From positions 1 to 33,216 of the forward strand of contig NMRA01001261.1 of the NCBI GenBank assembly GCA_002633005.1: a stretch of 33,216 bases of DNA. Direction: 5' to 3'. This document shows, in pieces, positions 1 to 11,804 of the stretch; position 1 is the stretch's first letter; every line of letters begins with the position of its first letter. The position numbers and the translations under genes were made by a program. Under the pieces are notes generated by a model, which ran no database searches, had not been told where the DNA came from, and saw nothing but the letters and a program-made list of their open reading frames with translations. The stretch comes from Phoronis australis (taxonomy: Eukaryota > Animalia > Phoronida).

Positions 1-59
1 TACGAGCGTAAATTAAATTGGGACATAAGAAGCGGGGGTGGGGCATATGCTTCCCTTAA
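1..59. mobile_element. Possible terminus of a Kolobok-like DNA transposon (rest lies outside the window)
   Basis: Ends ...ggggcatatgcttccc-TTAA, which on the minus strand reads TTAA followed by a GG-starting terminus. Only one end is visible. Confidence 0.3.
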
Positions 60-1076
60 GTTTTCAGGCGTCATAATTAGTCCGTGTTAACGTGTATGGC
101 GTGGACTACCAAGGATAACGGCGAAAAGCAAGACAGGGAAACAAACGGAAGAGAAAATTCATGAATGTTTGTCAACTACCATTGTCTGATTTACCCTTTA
201 AGAGCACTAGCCAGGACATCATTGCTAGAGTGTCCAATTGTTTGCGACACAGAGAGCATTGATGCTTTTCTTAAATTTGCACTTAGTCGTTTGTGCAGGT
301 ATTTCAGGTATTTCAAAAAGTCGAGAAAGTTTTTAAAGTACAGAAATTGAGAACCTGACAGATAGCAACACTGTTAATTGAAGTAATAGATCTTTTCATA
401 TTGAGGGAACCGGCGTTGGTATAAATGCGGTCACCCATTTTGTGTTTTTATTGAAAAAAAACGCGGCTCACGGAGAGAAGGCAGAATGGAATTGATTACC
501 TCTGTAATCCGTTTTTTTTTTAATTGCACACTTTTTTGTTACAGAACGTGACTTCTTGGAAGGTTGCTCGATGATGGAATTAACCTTCAGTTTTGCATAT
601 GTCAACCAGATTGTCGGAGGTCCAATTTTTATGACCGTGTGCAGTGAACACGTCTAACGGATTAAGGTACTTAAAATACTGTACCGTAAATGTTCCCTTA
701 TTCATAAACAAATATTTCAGCGGATTTTGAGTTCGAGTCTATTTCATGAACCGCAATAGCTAGCTCTGGGATGAACCAAAATATCACAGCAAGGACATGT
801 TTATGACAGGCTAGATAGAGTTCATAGGCTTATTTCCAGATTTCCGTGTTTGAGTATAAGCAGGAAGAAAATGGCCGTTTTCGCAATTGATCATGTCAAT
901 GTTGAAATTCCGCTGAAAATATCCCGTTCGAGTAGTTTTGATTTCTGATAAGCGTGTGTCTTAAAACCACGATAAATGAAGGAATAATTATGAATTTATT
1001 TTCCTGATCTGTGGATCCAAGAGGCTGAAATTCAATCCGATGCTAAAGTGGGAAAATTATTTTTCTCACATCACCT

Positions 1077-1396
1077 GGAATGTGTTACGACACGACTGGT
1101 TAATAACACGGAGTACGTATAGTTTTTCTGATATTACATGGGCGAATCACAAAGTAGTGCAAAGTAGAAATCCATACGCCTTGCGTTTTATCGTCTGCAA
1201 AACACTTAGGCCTATACCAAAAAGGAAACGCGCGGCAACCAAACAATGCCGGAATTCCATGAAGGTGACAAAGTTATGATTGACAAATCAGTTGTCGCAA
1301 CTGTACCTACTCCCAAACAACTTCTTAAATGGACCCATCTTCGGCGGAGAATTGCATATCCATGTTCATTCAAACGAAGACGAGCCCCGACTCAAA
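1077..1396 (+). repeat. Dispersed repeat family E, copy 1
   Basis: Aligns by eye with 2240-2396 plus 2621-2785 (shared strings include catgggcgaatcacaaa, aatccatacgcctt, gaaggtgacaa, cccatcttcggcgg). Confidence 0.85.
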
Positions 1397-1917
1397 ATGC
1401 TGTAGTTAAAAAACTAAGACCTCTTTCAAAAATCTGAGACACGGTTCCCCCGAAAATGCCGTTATCAGTATATTGACAAACAACCAATATGATTGGAGGA
1501 ACAATATTTTTGAAATCTCTGTTTAAAGAAAAAAACGCATATCTCATGAAAAATAAGGACAGGTATGTAAGAATAATACGTTTTGTTAGGAAATTAATTC
1601 ACCTTTCAGAAAATATATACTTTGTAGGGGTTAGAGCAGAGTTTATGATATTTGCACATAAGTACAACCTGGTAAACAAGATTCACAGTTTTTGTTATCT
1701 TTAATATAGAATCGTCGTCTGAAATATTCTAGAGCCCAGAGTTTGCAGAACAATTGAGTAGATTCTGGAAATTTCTCAGAATGCGCCAAACTGCCAAAAC
1801 ACCCAGCCACGGTTAGGAACAGTCAGTTGAGTTAGAGTTGAGACTAGTTAACGTTACTGTTTCATACAGAAGCAGAAGCTAGAGACACCTGGTAATTAAT
1901 TCAGCGAATGTAACGGC

Positions 1918-1951
1918 CATAGACATCACATACAGTATTTAGATGTCTATG
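1918..1951. mobile_element. 34-bp P-element-like remnant or excision footprint
   Basis: CATAGACATC...GATGTCTATG inverted termini, flanked by an imperfect 8-bp direct repeat gtaacggc (1910-1917) / gtaacatc (1952-1959). Confidence 0.6.
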
Positions 1952-2239
1952 GTAACATCTCAGAACAGGCATTACGTCGGTCGTTTTGTTTGAGTAGAAT
2001 TTTGTTCCTACGGTCGAGATTTGAACCAGTCTTCAATCTATCCCACCGAAAGCTAGTAGCACCGGTCAGTGACAATCTGCGCCCATCATGGCAAGTCATT
2101 CGTTGCAAAATTCAGTGTTCAGCTTATGTATATTCGATATGACAAATTTATATGCACTAGGAATCACGCTCATTCGATACAGTAGTCGTCATTTTCCTTA
2201 CGACGTTATAATGTATTTTTTACGTAGAGCTTGAGAAAC

Positions 2240-2785
2240 GGAATGTGTTACACGACTTGTTAATAACACAGAGTATGTATTTTGATACTACATGGGCGAA
2301 TCACAAAATAGTGCAAAGTAAAAATCCATACGCCTTACATTTTATTGTCTGCAAAACACTAAAACACCCAAACGCGTGCCAACCAAACAATGCCGGCAGT
2401 GGCAAATCTAAGTTTTCAGTAAGGGGGTTTAGGATTCGAGCGAATCCGAGGCGCATAGCGCCGAGCGGAAGGAAGGTCGGGAGGGGGGAAACCCAAAGAT
2501 TTTTTTGTGGTTTTTTAGTAGCTGATTTCGTTTTTCTGGCGAAATTTTGTTCAATTTTTATTTTTGACCCTGTCCCGAGGGGGGTTTCAACCCCCTGAAT
2601 CCCCTATAGATCCGGCTCTGACTCGGAATTCCGCGAAGGTGACAAGGTCATGATTTACAAATTGGGTGTCGGAACTGTACGTACTCCCAGTCGGAAGGAC
2701 ATGCAAACAACCTCTTAAACGGGCCCATCTTCGGCGGCGAATTCCATATCCACATTCATTCAAATGGAGACGAGCTCTAGCTCAA
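2240..2785 (+). repeat. Dispersed repeat family E, copy 2, interrupted by a MITE at 2397-2620
   Basis: Collinear with 1077-1396. Copy 1 shows the empty site aatgccggaattcc. Confidence 0.85.
2397..2620. mobile_element. CAG...CTG MITE (hAT-like non-autonomous element)
   Basis: Imperfect TIRs CAGTGGCAAATCTA / TAGATCCGGCTCTG with G/C-run subterminal tracts. Absent from the paralogous copy at 1077-1396. Confidence 0.75.
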
Positions 2786-3006
2786 GAAACGAAGTGAGAC
2801 TTTCTAGCTGTGCTGTCTCAAGGCCAATTCGACGCTCACGCGCGGGGATGTCTTGCTGACTTCTATTTATAAGCATTTTTTAAGTTTTAATAGTACAACT
2901 GAAGACTGTTTATTATATTCTAACTTGAATATTTGCTACGAAAGCTGAATGCAATTTACAATTGTTAACCTTAAAAAAATTATTATCAAAAAGTAACTGA
3001 ATTACT

Positions 3007-3256
3007 CATGCGCGCACCCAGAAGGGGGGCTCGGGCTCCTCGAACGACACCCCCCATTAGGAGAAGTGGGCAAAAAGGTCCGCCTCAGAGGAACAAAAAG
3101 TCCTAGAAAACGAGACAAAAGTCCATTAAAAAGGCAGGAACTACTAAAATTCGGCGAACGCACAATTCACAGTTCTGAACATACCTGTGTTTTTAGTAAA
3201 ATGTCCACATTCCCAAATATTCGAGCCCCCCACTTTTTAGGCTGGGTGCGCACATG
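3007..3256. mobile_element. MITE with 15-bp TIRs and a 5-bp TSD
   Basis: TIRs CATGCGCGCACCCAG / CTGGGTGCGCACATG (1 mismatch), flanked by a TTACT direct repeat (3002-3006, 3257-3261). Confidence 0.85.
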
Positions 3257-3711
3257 TTACTTTACATTGCGCAAGCGTGTTTTTACAAAAGTTGCGTCGT
3301 GTGGTTGAAAGTTTTAGACTTGACGAGTTTTCAGAAAAAAAGATCGTTTTTGCGGTTCATGTGAGAAATCAAATTCTCTATTTATTTCGTCTACGCCACT
3401 CTCGGCCCGTTTGTGTGCGTATCTTTTTTCATTTCAGTGTCAAATCCTGACAGCGCATGTTCGCTGCGTGCGTCATGCCAACAGATTGTCTATGATGCCA
3501 AGAGCACAAAGAAATGTTTCTCTCAATAATGAGATTGCACGTGCTTTAGTCCTGCATGTTATCACAGAGATATCTTCTATATAAATCTAATTGATCATAG
3601 ACAACAGCTTCGCAACTCCCGGTTTCCTCAAGTACCATACATGTACTCAGCCTCCGGTAAGTGTAGAAAATTCTTACATCTATTTTGCTGCCTAGTACTA
3701 CAGCAACACAA

Positions 3712-3823
3712 AATTTCGGCACTGAAACGCTTACTTGTTTATGGCCCACAGCGTTTGCGTGCGAAACCTACTTCTTTTTGCAATGCATATTACACTTTTT
3801 ATATTATATGCAATCAGTTCGTA
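3712..3823 (+). repeat. Detached fragment of repeat family A
   Basis: Reverse-complement match to 24355-24465 (acagcgtttgcgtgcgaaacctacttctttttg ... tgcaatcagttcgta). Confidence 0.85.
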
Positions 3824-4195
3824 ACAAATTTGTACGTATCGAGCGTGGCGTACATGAAATAATATCCCAGGAGACATTATTCCGCGTACCGACCTTGACC
3901 TTCGGTCTCGATACGCGGAGTAATGTCTCGTGTGATATTATTTCATGTACGCCACTCAAGGTACGTTTTGTATTTATCCCATACGCATCGAATTCGTGAG
4001 TTTCTTTTGTTTTCCTTCGGCATTTTATAAATACTTCACCCTGACTGTTTACGTGGCTAATCACAACCTATTGTATGTGTACGTGCGCATTATGTTGCTA
4101 ACTTACTATAGTAAAAGAAAACAGTTTTAAATGTAACGGTTTATAACTTGAAATTGATAAAAAGTGTGAAAACGACAGTTATCGTGCATTGAACC
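3824..4195. mobile_element. Repeat with a ~145-bp palindrome (Crypton-like non-autonomous element, tentative)
   Basis: Perfect 22-bp arms 3845-3866 / 3934-3955 inside a longer imperfect hairpin centred on GACC-TTC-GGTC. Its right flank recurs inverted at about 11060-11310. Confidence 0.55.
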
Positions 4196-4717
4196 TGTAT
4201 CATATTTCGAAAATAAGTTGATAACAAAAATATTTATAACATTGTAAAATCCTCATCGGGTTGCTGCACTGATTCATGAAACTAGGCCATTGACCGGAGC
4301 GCGTAGCCTACACGTCGTCTGCTTTCACGAAGATGTGCCAGCGTTGATGACAGCTGCGGCGAATATGTCTATTGTAGCGTTGTTGCAGGTACGTTGTCGT
4401 ATTTCTACGAATTATGTAGCCTTGGTACAAAGCTGTGTGCTAAATATACGACAGTCTGTTGATACAGCTAGCTGGCTGGCTACGGATTCTGTAGCGTGGA
4501 TAAGTTCATGTGTTGCTGGGATGGGACGGTCGTCGTTGCTGCTCGTGTAACACTGTCGCCGATAGTATCGGGTGCTGTCATGGCCAGTGACAACAATGTT
4601 TGATATTGGCGAGGAATCGGTGCCTGAATTGCAGACGATATATCGTAGCAATTGAAAACTGAGACAGAACTGTCATATAGTTAACAGTCCTGTTCCAGAT
4701 GTTACGACTGAGACCTG

Positions 4718-5109
4718 TGCCCGGTCCCTAATCTTTGTACTCGAAACGAACTCGAAACTATTTTTGGCAATTTCTCTGCTCCTTTTGTGCGAACTTAAGA
4801 TAATTGGTTATCAGACTGTACATTATAGTTTATGCATTGGAGTTTCTAGTTCAAGTTTGCCCTTGAAGACCCATATATTCGTGCTACAAACTCGAGTAAA
4901 AACTCGAAATTTCGAGTTCAAACTCGAACTTATTGCTTTAATATTGGGTTTACAAACTGTGAACTAAGGGCAATAAATTATCTTCGTAAGTTATTGTGTA
5001 CTCGAGCATAGAATAATAGACACTTATCTTGAGTTCACCCAAAAGTAGAGTAGAAAATGCCAAACCTAATTTCGAGTTCCATTTCGAGTAAAAGATTGGA
5101 GATCGGGCC
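4718..5109. mobile_element. PIF/Harbinger-like MITE family B, copy 1
   Basis: Roughly 90-bp imperfect TIRs with a (G)GCCCG terminus and a CTG direct repeat at 4715-4717 / 5110-5112. Second copy at 25242-25575. Confidence 0.75.
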
Positions 5110-5136
5110 CTGGTTGCATGTTGAGTGGTATTTACA

Positions 5137-6307
5137 CTGGTAGTTTTCTGAAACTGCTAAAACTCTATCCGAATCTGCCGGAAGAGCTTTGGGCGGTTTA
5201 ATTAATAAATTTAAAAAGAATAAAAATATGAGGTACAGAACGTTCACTACATTATTTAATGCTTGTGTTGTGCCTGTTAGAGATTATTGTGTAGGTGTCT
5301 GGGGCGGCTCTAGTCTACAGGATTATGATGTCATTCAGAATAGAGCCGCGCGATTTTTCTTGGGCGTTCACAAATTCGCTCCTAATCATGCTGTTACGGG
5401 TGACATGGGGTGGGAATTCCCCAGTGTTAGGCGGAAAATTGAGCTTTTGAGAATGTGGAATCGTATTATTAATTTCGAGGATGATAGACTAACATACCGA
5501 ATATTTTGGTGAGACTACACTACTTGTACTAATAATTGGTTTTCTGAAGTCTAGAGCATTTTTGAAGAATTAGGGATTTCGGATTGTTTTCATAACTTAC
5601 GTTCAGTTAATCTGTCTCACTGTAAGAATATTTTGCATGATTTAGCCTGTAATTGGTGGTTGTTTGAAAGCCGTTCGAAACCAAAGTTAAGAACCTATGT
5701 TTTGATGAAGACTGTCTTTGCAGTTGAGCCTTACGTGCATTTAGACTTAGCTCGGCCTACATGTAGTAGGTCAATTCTTGCTCAAATTAGAACCGGAACC
5801 CTACAGCTATTGGTTGAGGTTGGGCGTTTTCGTGTTCTCTAGATTTTGATGATAGAATTTGCTGTCTTTGTCACACTGGTCAGATCGAAACTGAACTACA
5901 TTTTCTGTTTGAGTCCCCGTTTTTCTTAGATGCCAGAAACACCTTTTACTGTCAAGTTGAGATTAAATATCCACGATTCCGTGCAGAAAGCTGTGAAAGT
6001 AAATTAATTACAATCATACAAAAAGATGTTATTAGAAAAACTTCAGTTTTCATCAAAAATATTTTTGAGGTAAGGAAAAGTTATATTTATTTATGATCAC
6101 TTTTATCTCGGCCTTCTCTTTCCGGTCCTCTTGCGATGCGTGTACACTTGTCTTTTCTTTTTTGTATCATGTATCTAAAGTGACTTATAAGCCCCGTGGA
6201 GGGCTGGGTGTTCCTAGTCTTTGTAAGTATTCATTGTTTAAATTCATTTGAACACATGTCACTATAATAAAAAGTTACTTACTTGCTTACTTACTTACTT
6301 ACTTGCT
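5137..6307 (+). mobile_element. 5'-truncated, decayed non-LTR retrotransposon (RTEX-like LINE): ORF2 C-terminus, 3' UTR and microsatellite tail
   Basis: Translates to LFNACVVPVRDYCVGVWG, IQNRAARFFLGVHKFAPNHAVTGDMGW, KPKLRTY, RSILAQIRTG, VEVGRF and a degenerate C-terminal Zn-knuckle (ICCLC..IETELHFLF), with in-frame stops. AATAAA at 6266-6271 is followed by (TTAC)n at 6275-6307. Confidence 0.85.
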
Positions 6308-6497
6308 ACAATTGTATTACTTTAAGCTATTTTCCGAAAGTTTGATGATCTAACCGGCTAACGAGGTCCAGTCGACATTGACCTACCTTTTGGGCCTTCA
6401 ATGTCAGAGGTCACTGTTGAAGTATAGTGCGGGAGGTGTATACGGAAAACATTATTACATCGCCGTATTCCCCTCGACAGATTCAAGGCGTAAAAAA

Positions 6498-8232
6498 TAG
6501 TCTTCAATTGCCCAAAAGACCAAGTCCGTTTTTGTGTTGGCATTGCTTCGGAAATCGTCTTAAGTTAAGGTTTAACAAAGAGAGAATTATGAGTTTCTGA
6601 GTGTTTCACTAAGGCTTAGATTAAAATTCACATCTTACCAGCAGCTTCTGTTTTTTCATCGTCATTCAGATTCCACTTTCTTTAAAAAATGAAGTAATTT
6701 TCTTCATTGCACAGTGAAGCAGACGACGGAAACGGAATCGTAGTGCGCAGCGCCACTGCCGGTCACCTGGGATATCGCGGGAGAGCTTATACTTAGCCAC
6801 AGTTCCATTACGATTGAGCCGCGTTCCGAATTTNNNNNNNNNNNNNNNNNNNNNNNNNNNNNNNNNNNNNNNNNNNNNNNNNNNNNNNNNNNNNNNNNNN
6901 NNNNNNNNNNNNNNNNNNNNNNNNNNNNNNNNNNNNNNNNNNNNNNNNNNNNNNNNNNNNNNNNNNNNNNNNNNNNNNNNNNNNNNNNNNNNNNNNNNNN
7001 NNNNNNNNNNNNNNNNNNNNNNNNNNNNNNNNNNNNNNNNNNNNNNNNNNNNNNNNNNNNNNNNNNNNNNNNNNNNNNNNNNNNNNNNNNNNNNNNNNNN
7101 NNNNNNNNNNNNNNNNNNNNNNNNNNNNNNNNNNNNNNNNNNNNNNNNNNNNNNNNNNNNNNNNNNNNNNNNNNNNNNNNNNNNNNNNNNNNNNNNNNNN
7201 NNNNNNNNNNNNNNNNNNNNNNNNNNNNNNNNNNNNNNNNNNNNNNNNNNNNNNNNNNNNNNNNNNNNNNNNNNNNNNNNNNNNNNNNNNNNNNNNNNNN
7301 NNNNNNNNNNNNNNNNNNNNNNNNNNNNNNNNNNNNNNNNNNNNNNNNNNNNNNNNNNNNNNNNNNNNNNNNNNNNNNNNNNNNNNNNNNNNNNNNNNNN
7401 NNNNNNNNNNNNNNNNNNNNNNNNNNNNNNNNNNNNNNNNNNNNNNNNNNNNNNNNNNNNNNNNNNNNNNNNNNNNNNNNNNNNNNNNNNNNNNNNNNNN
7501 NNNNNNNNGGAGAGCCTATGCTTAGCCATAGTTCCATTACGATTGCACCGTGTTCCGAATCTGACACTTGAAATTAGATCTGAGCCCCTCCCCCCAAACA
7601 CACTAAAACTGCACACATTTAAATCTTGTTTCAGCTGTATAATGTTAATTACCGGGGTTAATTAGTAAACTCAACATTTCCCTACGCTCTTGCTGTTTTT
7701 TTTTTGCGGCAGCCAAGTGGGGGGGAGGCCTGGGCCCCCCTAAATCCGCCTGTGTATATGTAGTTGTCTGATGTGATAGTATGTGATAGTATGACGGTTT
7801 GTTTTGAACTTTTTTCCTCAACTTTCTTTCTATATTTGTGTTATTTCAATACGATCTTTAACAGAACAAGCACATTTTTGTGGTGTTTAGGTAGATTTGA
7901 ATGACCATTCTAAATGTCATTGGGCGATACTTACATATTATTTTGACCAATTAGAAGTTTAAAAGAAAATATTCTATGATTATTGTAGAAATTATTTTTA
8001 TGTTGTTGATTTCTTGTGAGATACTATCAACTGGTTGTCTATTAATCAGTGGTTATTTAGTTTAATATATTCCAAAAATAATTCGTGGGGAATGTTCAAT
8101 GGGTTTGTAATGTTGATTTCCCTAAGGCAATATTTTACATCTTTTTGTATGACCAATTTTGAGGTATGTGGGATAAAAGATTAATATTATTATAGAAATG
8201 CTTTAATATTGTTGTTGATTTCCTGCGTAATT
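6498..8232 (+). repeat. Large dispersed repeat (blocks A and H), left copy, spanning the assembly gap
   Basis: 6498-6833 and 7510-7595 are reverse-complement matches to 23952-24354. 7762-8232 is a reverse-complement match to 22395-22854. Confidence 0.85.
6834..7509. other. Assembly gap (676 N)
   Basis: Run of N. Confidence 1.
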
Positions 8233-8289
8233 AGTACAGTGTGTCTTGAAGTGACGTTAAAGACAACATTTTGACTAATCACAATTAAG

Positions 8290-10880
8290 ACTACTTGGGG
8301 AATTTCATCTTTTTGGTCGCCGTTTACGTTTTGGCGAGGCGCGTGACCTGGCGTGTGGCACTTAGAACAGGACCGCGGAGCGTTGAAATGCGCCCACGGT
8401 AACACCGGACACGGTGTGCTTTCTTCTACTATAGGTGTCTTTAGTATCATGAAAATGGTCAGAGGATGGCGGAAAATGCACCAAACTCATCCGAGTTCTG
8501 AAGGTGGCGTCGTCTCTGTAAAACATAACTATTTGCTTTTCGTCATCTGTCATAAGTCACATAGGGACACACATTTCAAATTTCATTATGATCCTGCAAG
8601 ATGTTCATGAGATACAAGCGAGTACGCCGGAGGCCCACTGGCCTAGCAGACGCCGACGGTGTCGTCATCTCTCAAACTTATTTGCCATATTTTATGAAAA
8701 TCTGTCAAAGAACTCCGAAGATACAAAGGCAAACGTAACAAAACTGTTATTAAGAATTACCACAGCAATAGTAGAATAAATAGGAATACAATTGTAAAAT
8801 TTCAATAGCATCTTGGACTGGGTTTATCAGATACAGTCATGCAAAAAATGCCACTAGGGGCACCACAATAGTTGACCCATTTGAAAATCGACGTCAGTCT
8901 TGCTCTTGTCATTAAAATCACATCTGCCAATTTGGCAGATCCAGAAGCAACGACAAATAATCTGACTAAAAATAATTGAACTGGTCACTAGTTGGTGCAG
9001 AAAGGTCGAATCCGTGACAAGGAAAGCTACTGTCGTATTCGTAGTAGAAATTTGTTTGCCCAATTTCATGAAAAAGCATCAAGAAACTCGCAAGTTACAG
9101 AAGCAAACGTAAAGAATAAAATTGCCACTAGGGAGTGCAGCTATAGTTGGATTGGTCCGTCTTAAACTGTCCGTCATCTGTTGCCATCTCCTATATTTCA
9201 GAAAGATCTTGCAAACGGTAAAGGCCGGGGACGCAAAAATTAAAATTGCCATTAGGCGGTAGGGTAGTTGAACACGTCCGAAAATCAACGTCAGCCTTGC
9301 TGATCAGGAACACATCTCCAAATCTTTATTATGGTTCTTAAAGCAGTTTGGTGGATGGAGAGGGTGGTGTCAAAAACGAACTCAAAATTTTAAAATGATT
9401 ACCGAGTGGCACAGTATACGCCAAATCTGCACGGAAATGAGAAGGCGTCGTCTTCTTAATAGAAATGTATTTGCCAAAGTTCATGATAATATTCGCTGTA
9501 CATCGAATCTATCCGAAAAATAGGAACCTTCGACTCTTTAATAGAATTCTTTTCATTGAAATTCATGAAATTCAGCCAAGAAGTTGCAAAGATACAGAGG
9601 ACAACGAAAACATGTCACTATGGGCGCACAGCGATAGTCGGATCCGTCTAAATGTTGTCCGTGGTCAACTTCATATAAATACACTTGTCAAATTTAGTAA
9701 ATATCCTGCAGAGGGTTTGAGAGACGGATACAGCCATAGACGCAGCAAATGCCAATAGGAGGCGATACAGTAGTCAGAGTCGTCCGAAAATCGTCATCAG
9801 CCATCCTATTCACAGCAGAAACATAAACGCTAATATTCAAAATCATCCTCAGAGGGTTTGGTTGATAGAGGGACGTACGCCAAAAACAAACTAGAAAACA
9901 ATAGAAATAGATGGCGCAAAATACGTTCAATCCTCCGGAAAACTGGCACATGTCACCGTTTCTTTAATAGAAAACTATTTACCAAATTTCATTAAAGATC
10001 CGTCAAGGAACTTCAGAGAAACAGAGGAAAGTTGAAAAAATGAAATTTTCACTAGAGGCACAGCGTTCGTCGCATATCTCTGAAAGTCGTCGACGTTCCA
10101 TGCCAAAAAAAACAAAACTGCCTCTTGGAGGCGCCACAGGGGTCGAAGTCGTCAGAATCGTGAGCCGTCCTCTTCACAGTAGGAACATATGTGTCAATTT
10201 TCACAATCATCCTTTAAGTGGTTTGGTTGACGGAGGGGCGGTAGCCAAAAAACACTTGAAAACAGTAAAAATGGCCATTAGGCGGCGCAAAATACCTCAA
10301 ATCCATCGGTAAACAGGAGGTGACGCTGTCACTAACTGATAGAAGCCTTGTGTCTACCAGATTTTGTGAAAATCCGTCGAGGACCTTTGAAGATGCAGAA
10401 GTAAACGTAAAAAACTAAAATGGCTACTAGAGGGTACACCGGTAGTCGGATAGGTACAAAATTCGTCGTCATAGTCCGTCGTCAGCTTCATATAGGAACA
10501 CATCTGCCAAATCTCATCAAGTTCAGGATATGCACACTCACGAGAGTATAAAAATGGCATTGGAGGATTTCAGGTAGTATTTGTTGTATACAATAGTCCT
10601 GTTGGAAGCTAATAACATCAAGGAATACATCTCATCCATCAAGAGCTAGCCAAGTTATACACTTAAGCAGTATAAATGGCGAAAATACCTAGTTTGCGCT
10701 TATGTATTATCTTCGCGTTATTCGTGCGCTTGCGTTTTTTTGATAAAAATTCTGCAAAATGCAGGAGATCGAAAATTTTCCAACTCTTGTGTTCATACGG
10801 TAAGATGTGCTTGAATGACCCTGAAACGGCACTCGCTGGTTCCCTGCGTGTCCTCTAGGGGGAAGTGGACACGCATGAAT
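8290..10880 (+). mobile_element. Non-autonomous Helitron/Helentron-like element built from diverged internal subrepeats (5' boundary approximate)
   Basis: Recurrent ccactagrgggcgc-like and caaatttcat..agatcc-like units. Ends with hairpin TGCGTGTCC (10845-10853) / GGACACGCA (10867-10875). A related fragment lies at about 27490-27660. Confidence 0.5.
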
Positions 10881-11059
10881 CATTCAGCAGCAGTACAAAT
10901 ATCACTCAACATGCAATCAGGTCCAAAACGTAACATCTGGTAGAAAACTTTTAATTATAAGACACTTCTGTCTCACTTTTATTTCCCAAATATTGTATCG
11001 TCTGCAACACAGGCACCAATTTCTCGCTAATTAGAATGTTGTCAGGAAATTTCACAAAT

Positions 11060-11310
11060 TCAATGAACAATTACCGTTGTTTTCGTCTTTGTTATTACTT
11101 TTTCATGAAATAAATTGCTACATTTAAAACTGTTTCTTTTACTAGAGAAAACTTGTACCATAACGCACAAGTACATATTTATAGAATGTCATTTGCCACG
11201 TGAACATTCTGGGTGAAGTACCGGGTATTTAAAAAATCTGCTGAAAAAATAAAAGTAACTTAAGAATTCGAAACGTCTGGGATAAATACAAAACGTACCG
11301 AGAGTAGCAT
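11060..11310 (-). repeat. Inverted partial copy of the 3950-4195 repeat
   Basis: gggataaatacaaaacgtacc and catttaaaactgtttcttttacta are reverse complements (one small indel in the second) of sequence at 3960-4135. Confidence 0.75.
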
Positions 11311-11804
11311 ATTCTACGCCATTGAAGGCACTATCTCAATGATGGTTAGCGTCACATAAATTGTAAGCCTCGCGGGTAAGCTTAACTAGAGTTAAGAACA
11401 AGCATGTTAACACAATTGTTCTAAGGGATCAAATTTCAGTACCGCAGACTATGTAAGAGTCAATTACGCAAATGTCAATACATTGCGCGATATTTCATAC
11501 ATATTCACCACTGACTGCGAAATTGAACGAAAATTTTAAGATAGGCGCTTTGTTACTTTGTTAGCAATCAAACTGAGATCAGATGGAAACGTATCTGGGG
11601 ATGTATTTGCTAATCGACTTGACAAGAGAATAAGAAAGTGAAGGATTTTGCATCTAAAGATAATCATAAGAATAGTTTTTCTTTGTTTTCACTAGTTCAC
11701 CGTCAGGAGTCTCATCTCTTGCTCTAAACTTGACTTGAAAATTGACCATTAATGGTAAACTTACAAAGTTTTACTCGAGTCATGCGACATCAGTGATTGG
11801 TTAA

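Noticed and set aside
3685-4130. Overlapping ORFs on both strands with similar peptides
   Set aside because: A by-product of the palindrome, not genes.
6666-7665. Three long ORFs (283-316 aa) in the ORF track
   Set aside because: Artefacts of translating through the N gap. The flanks are repeat sequence.
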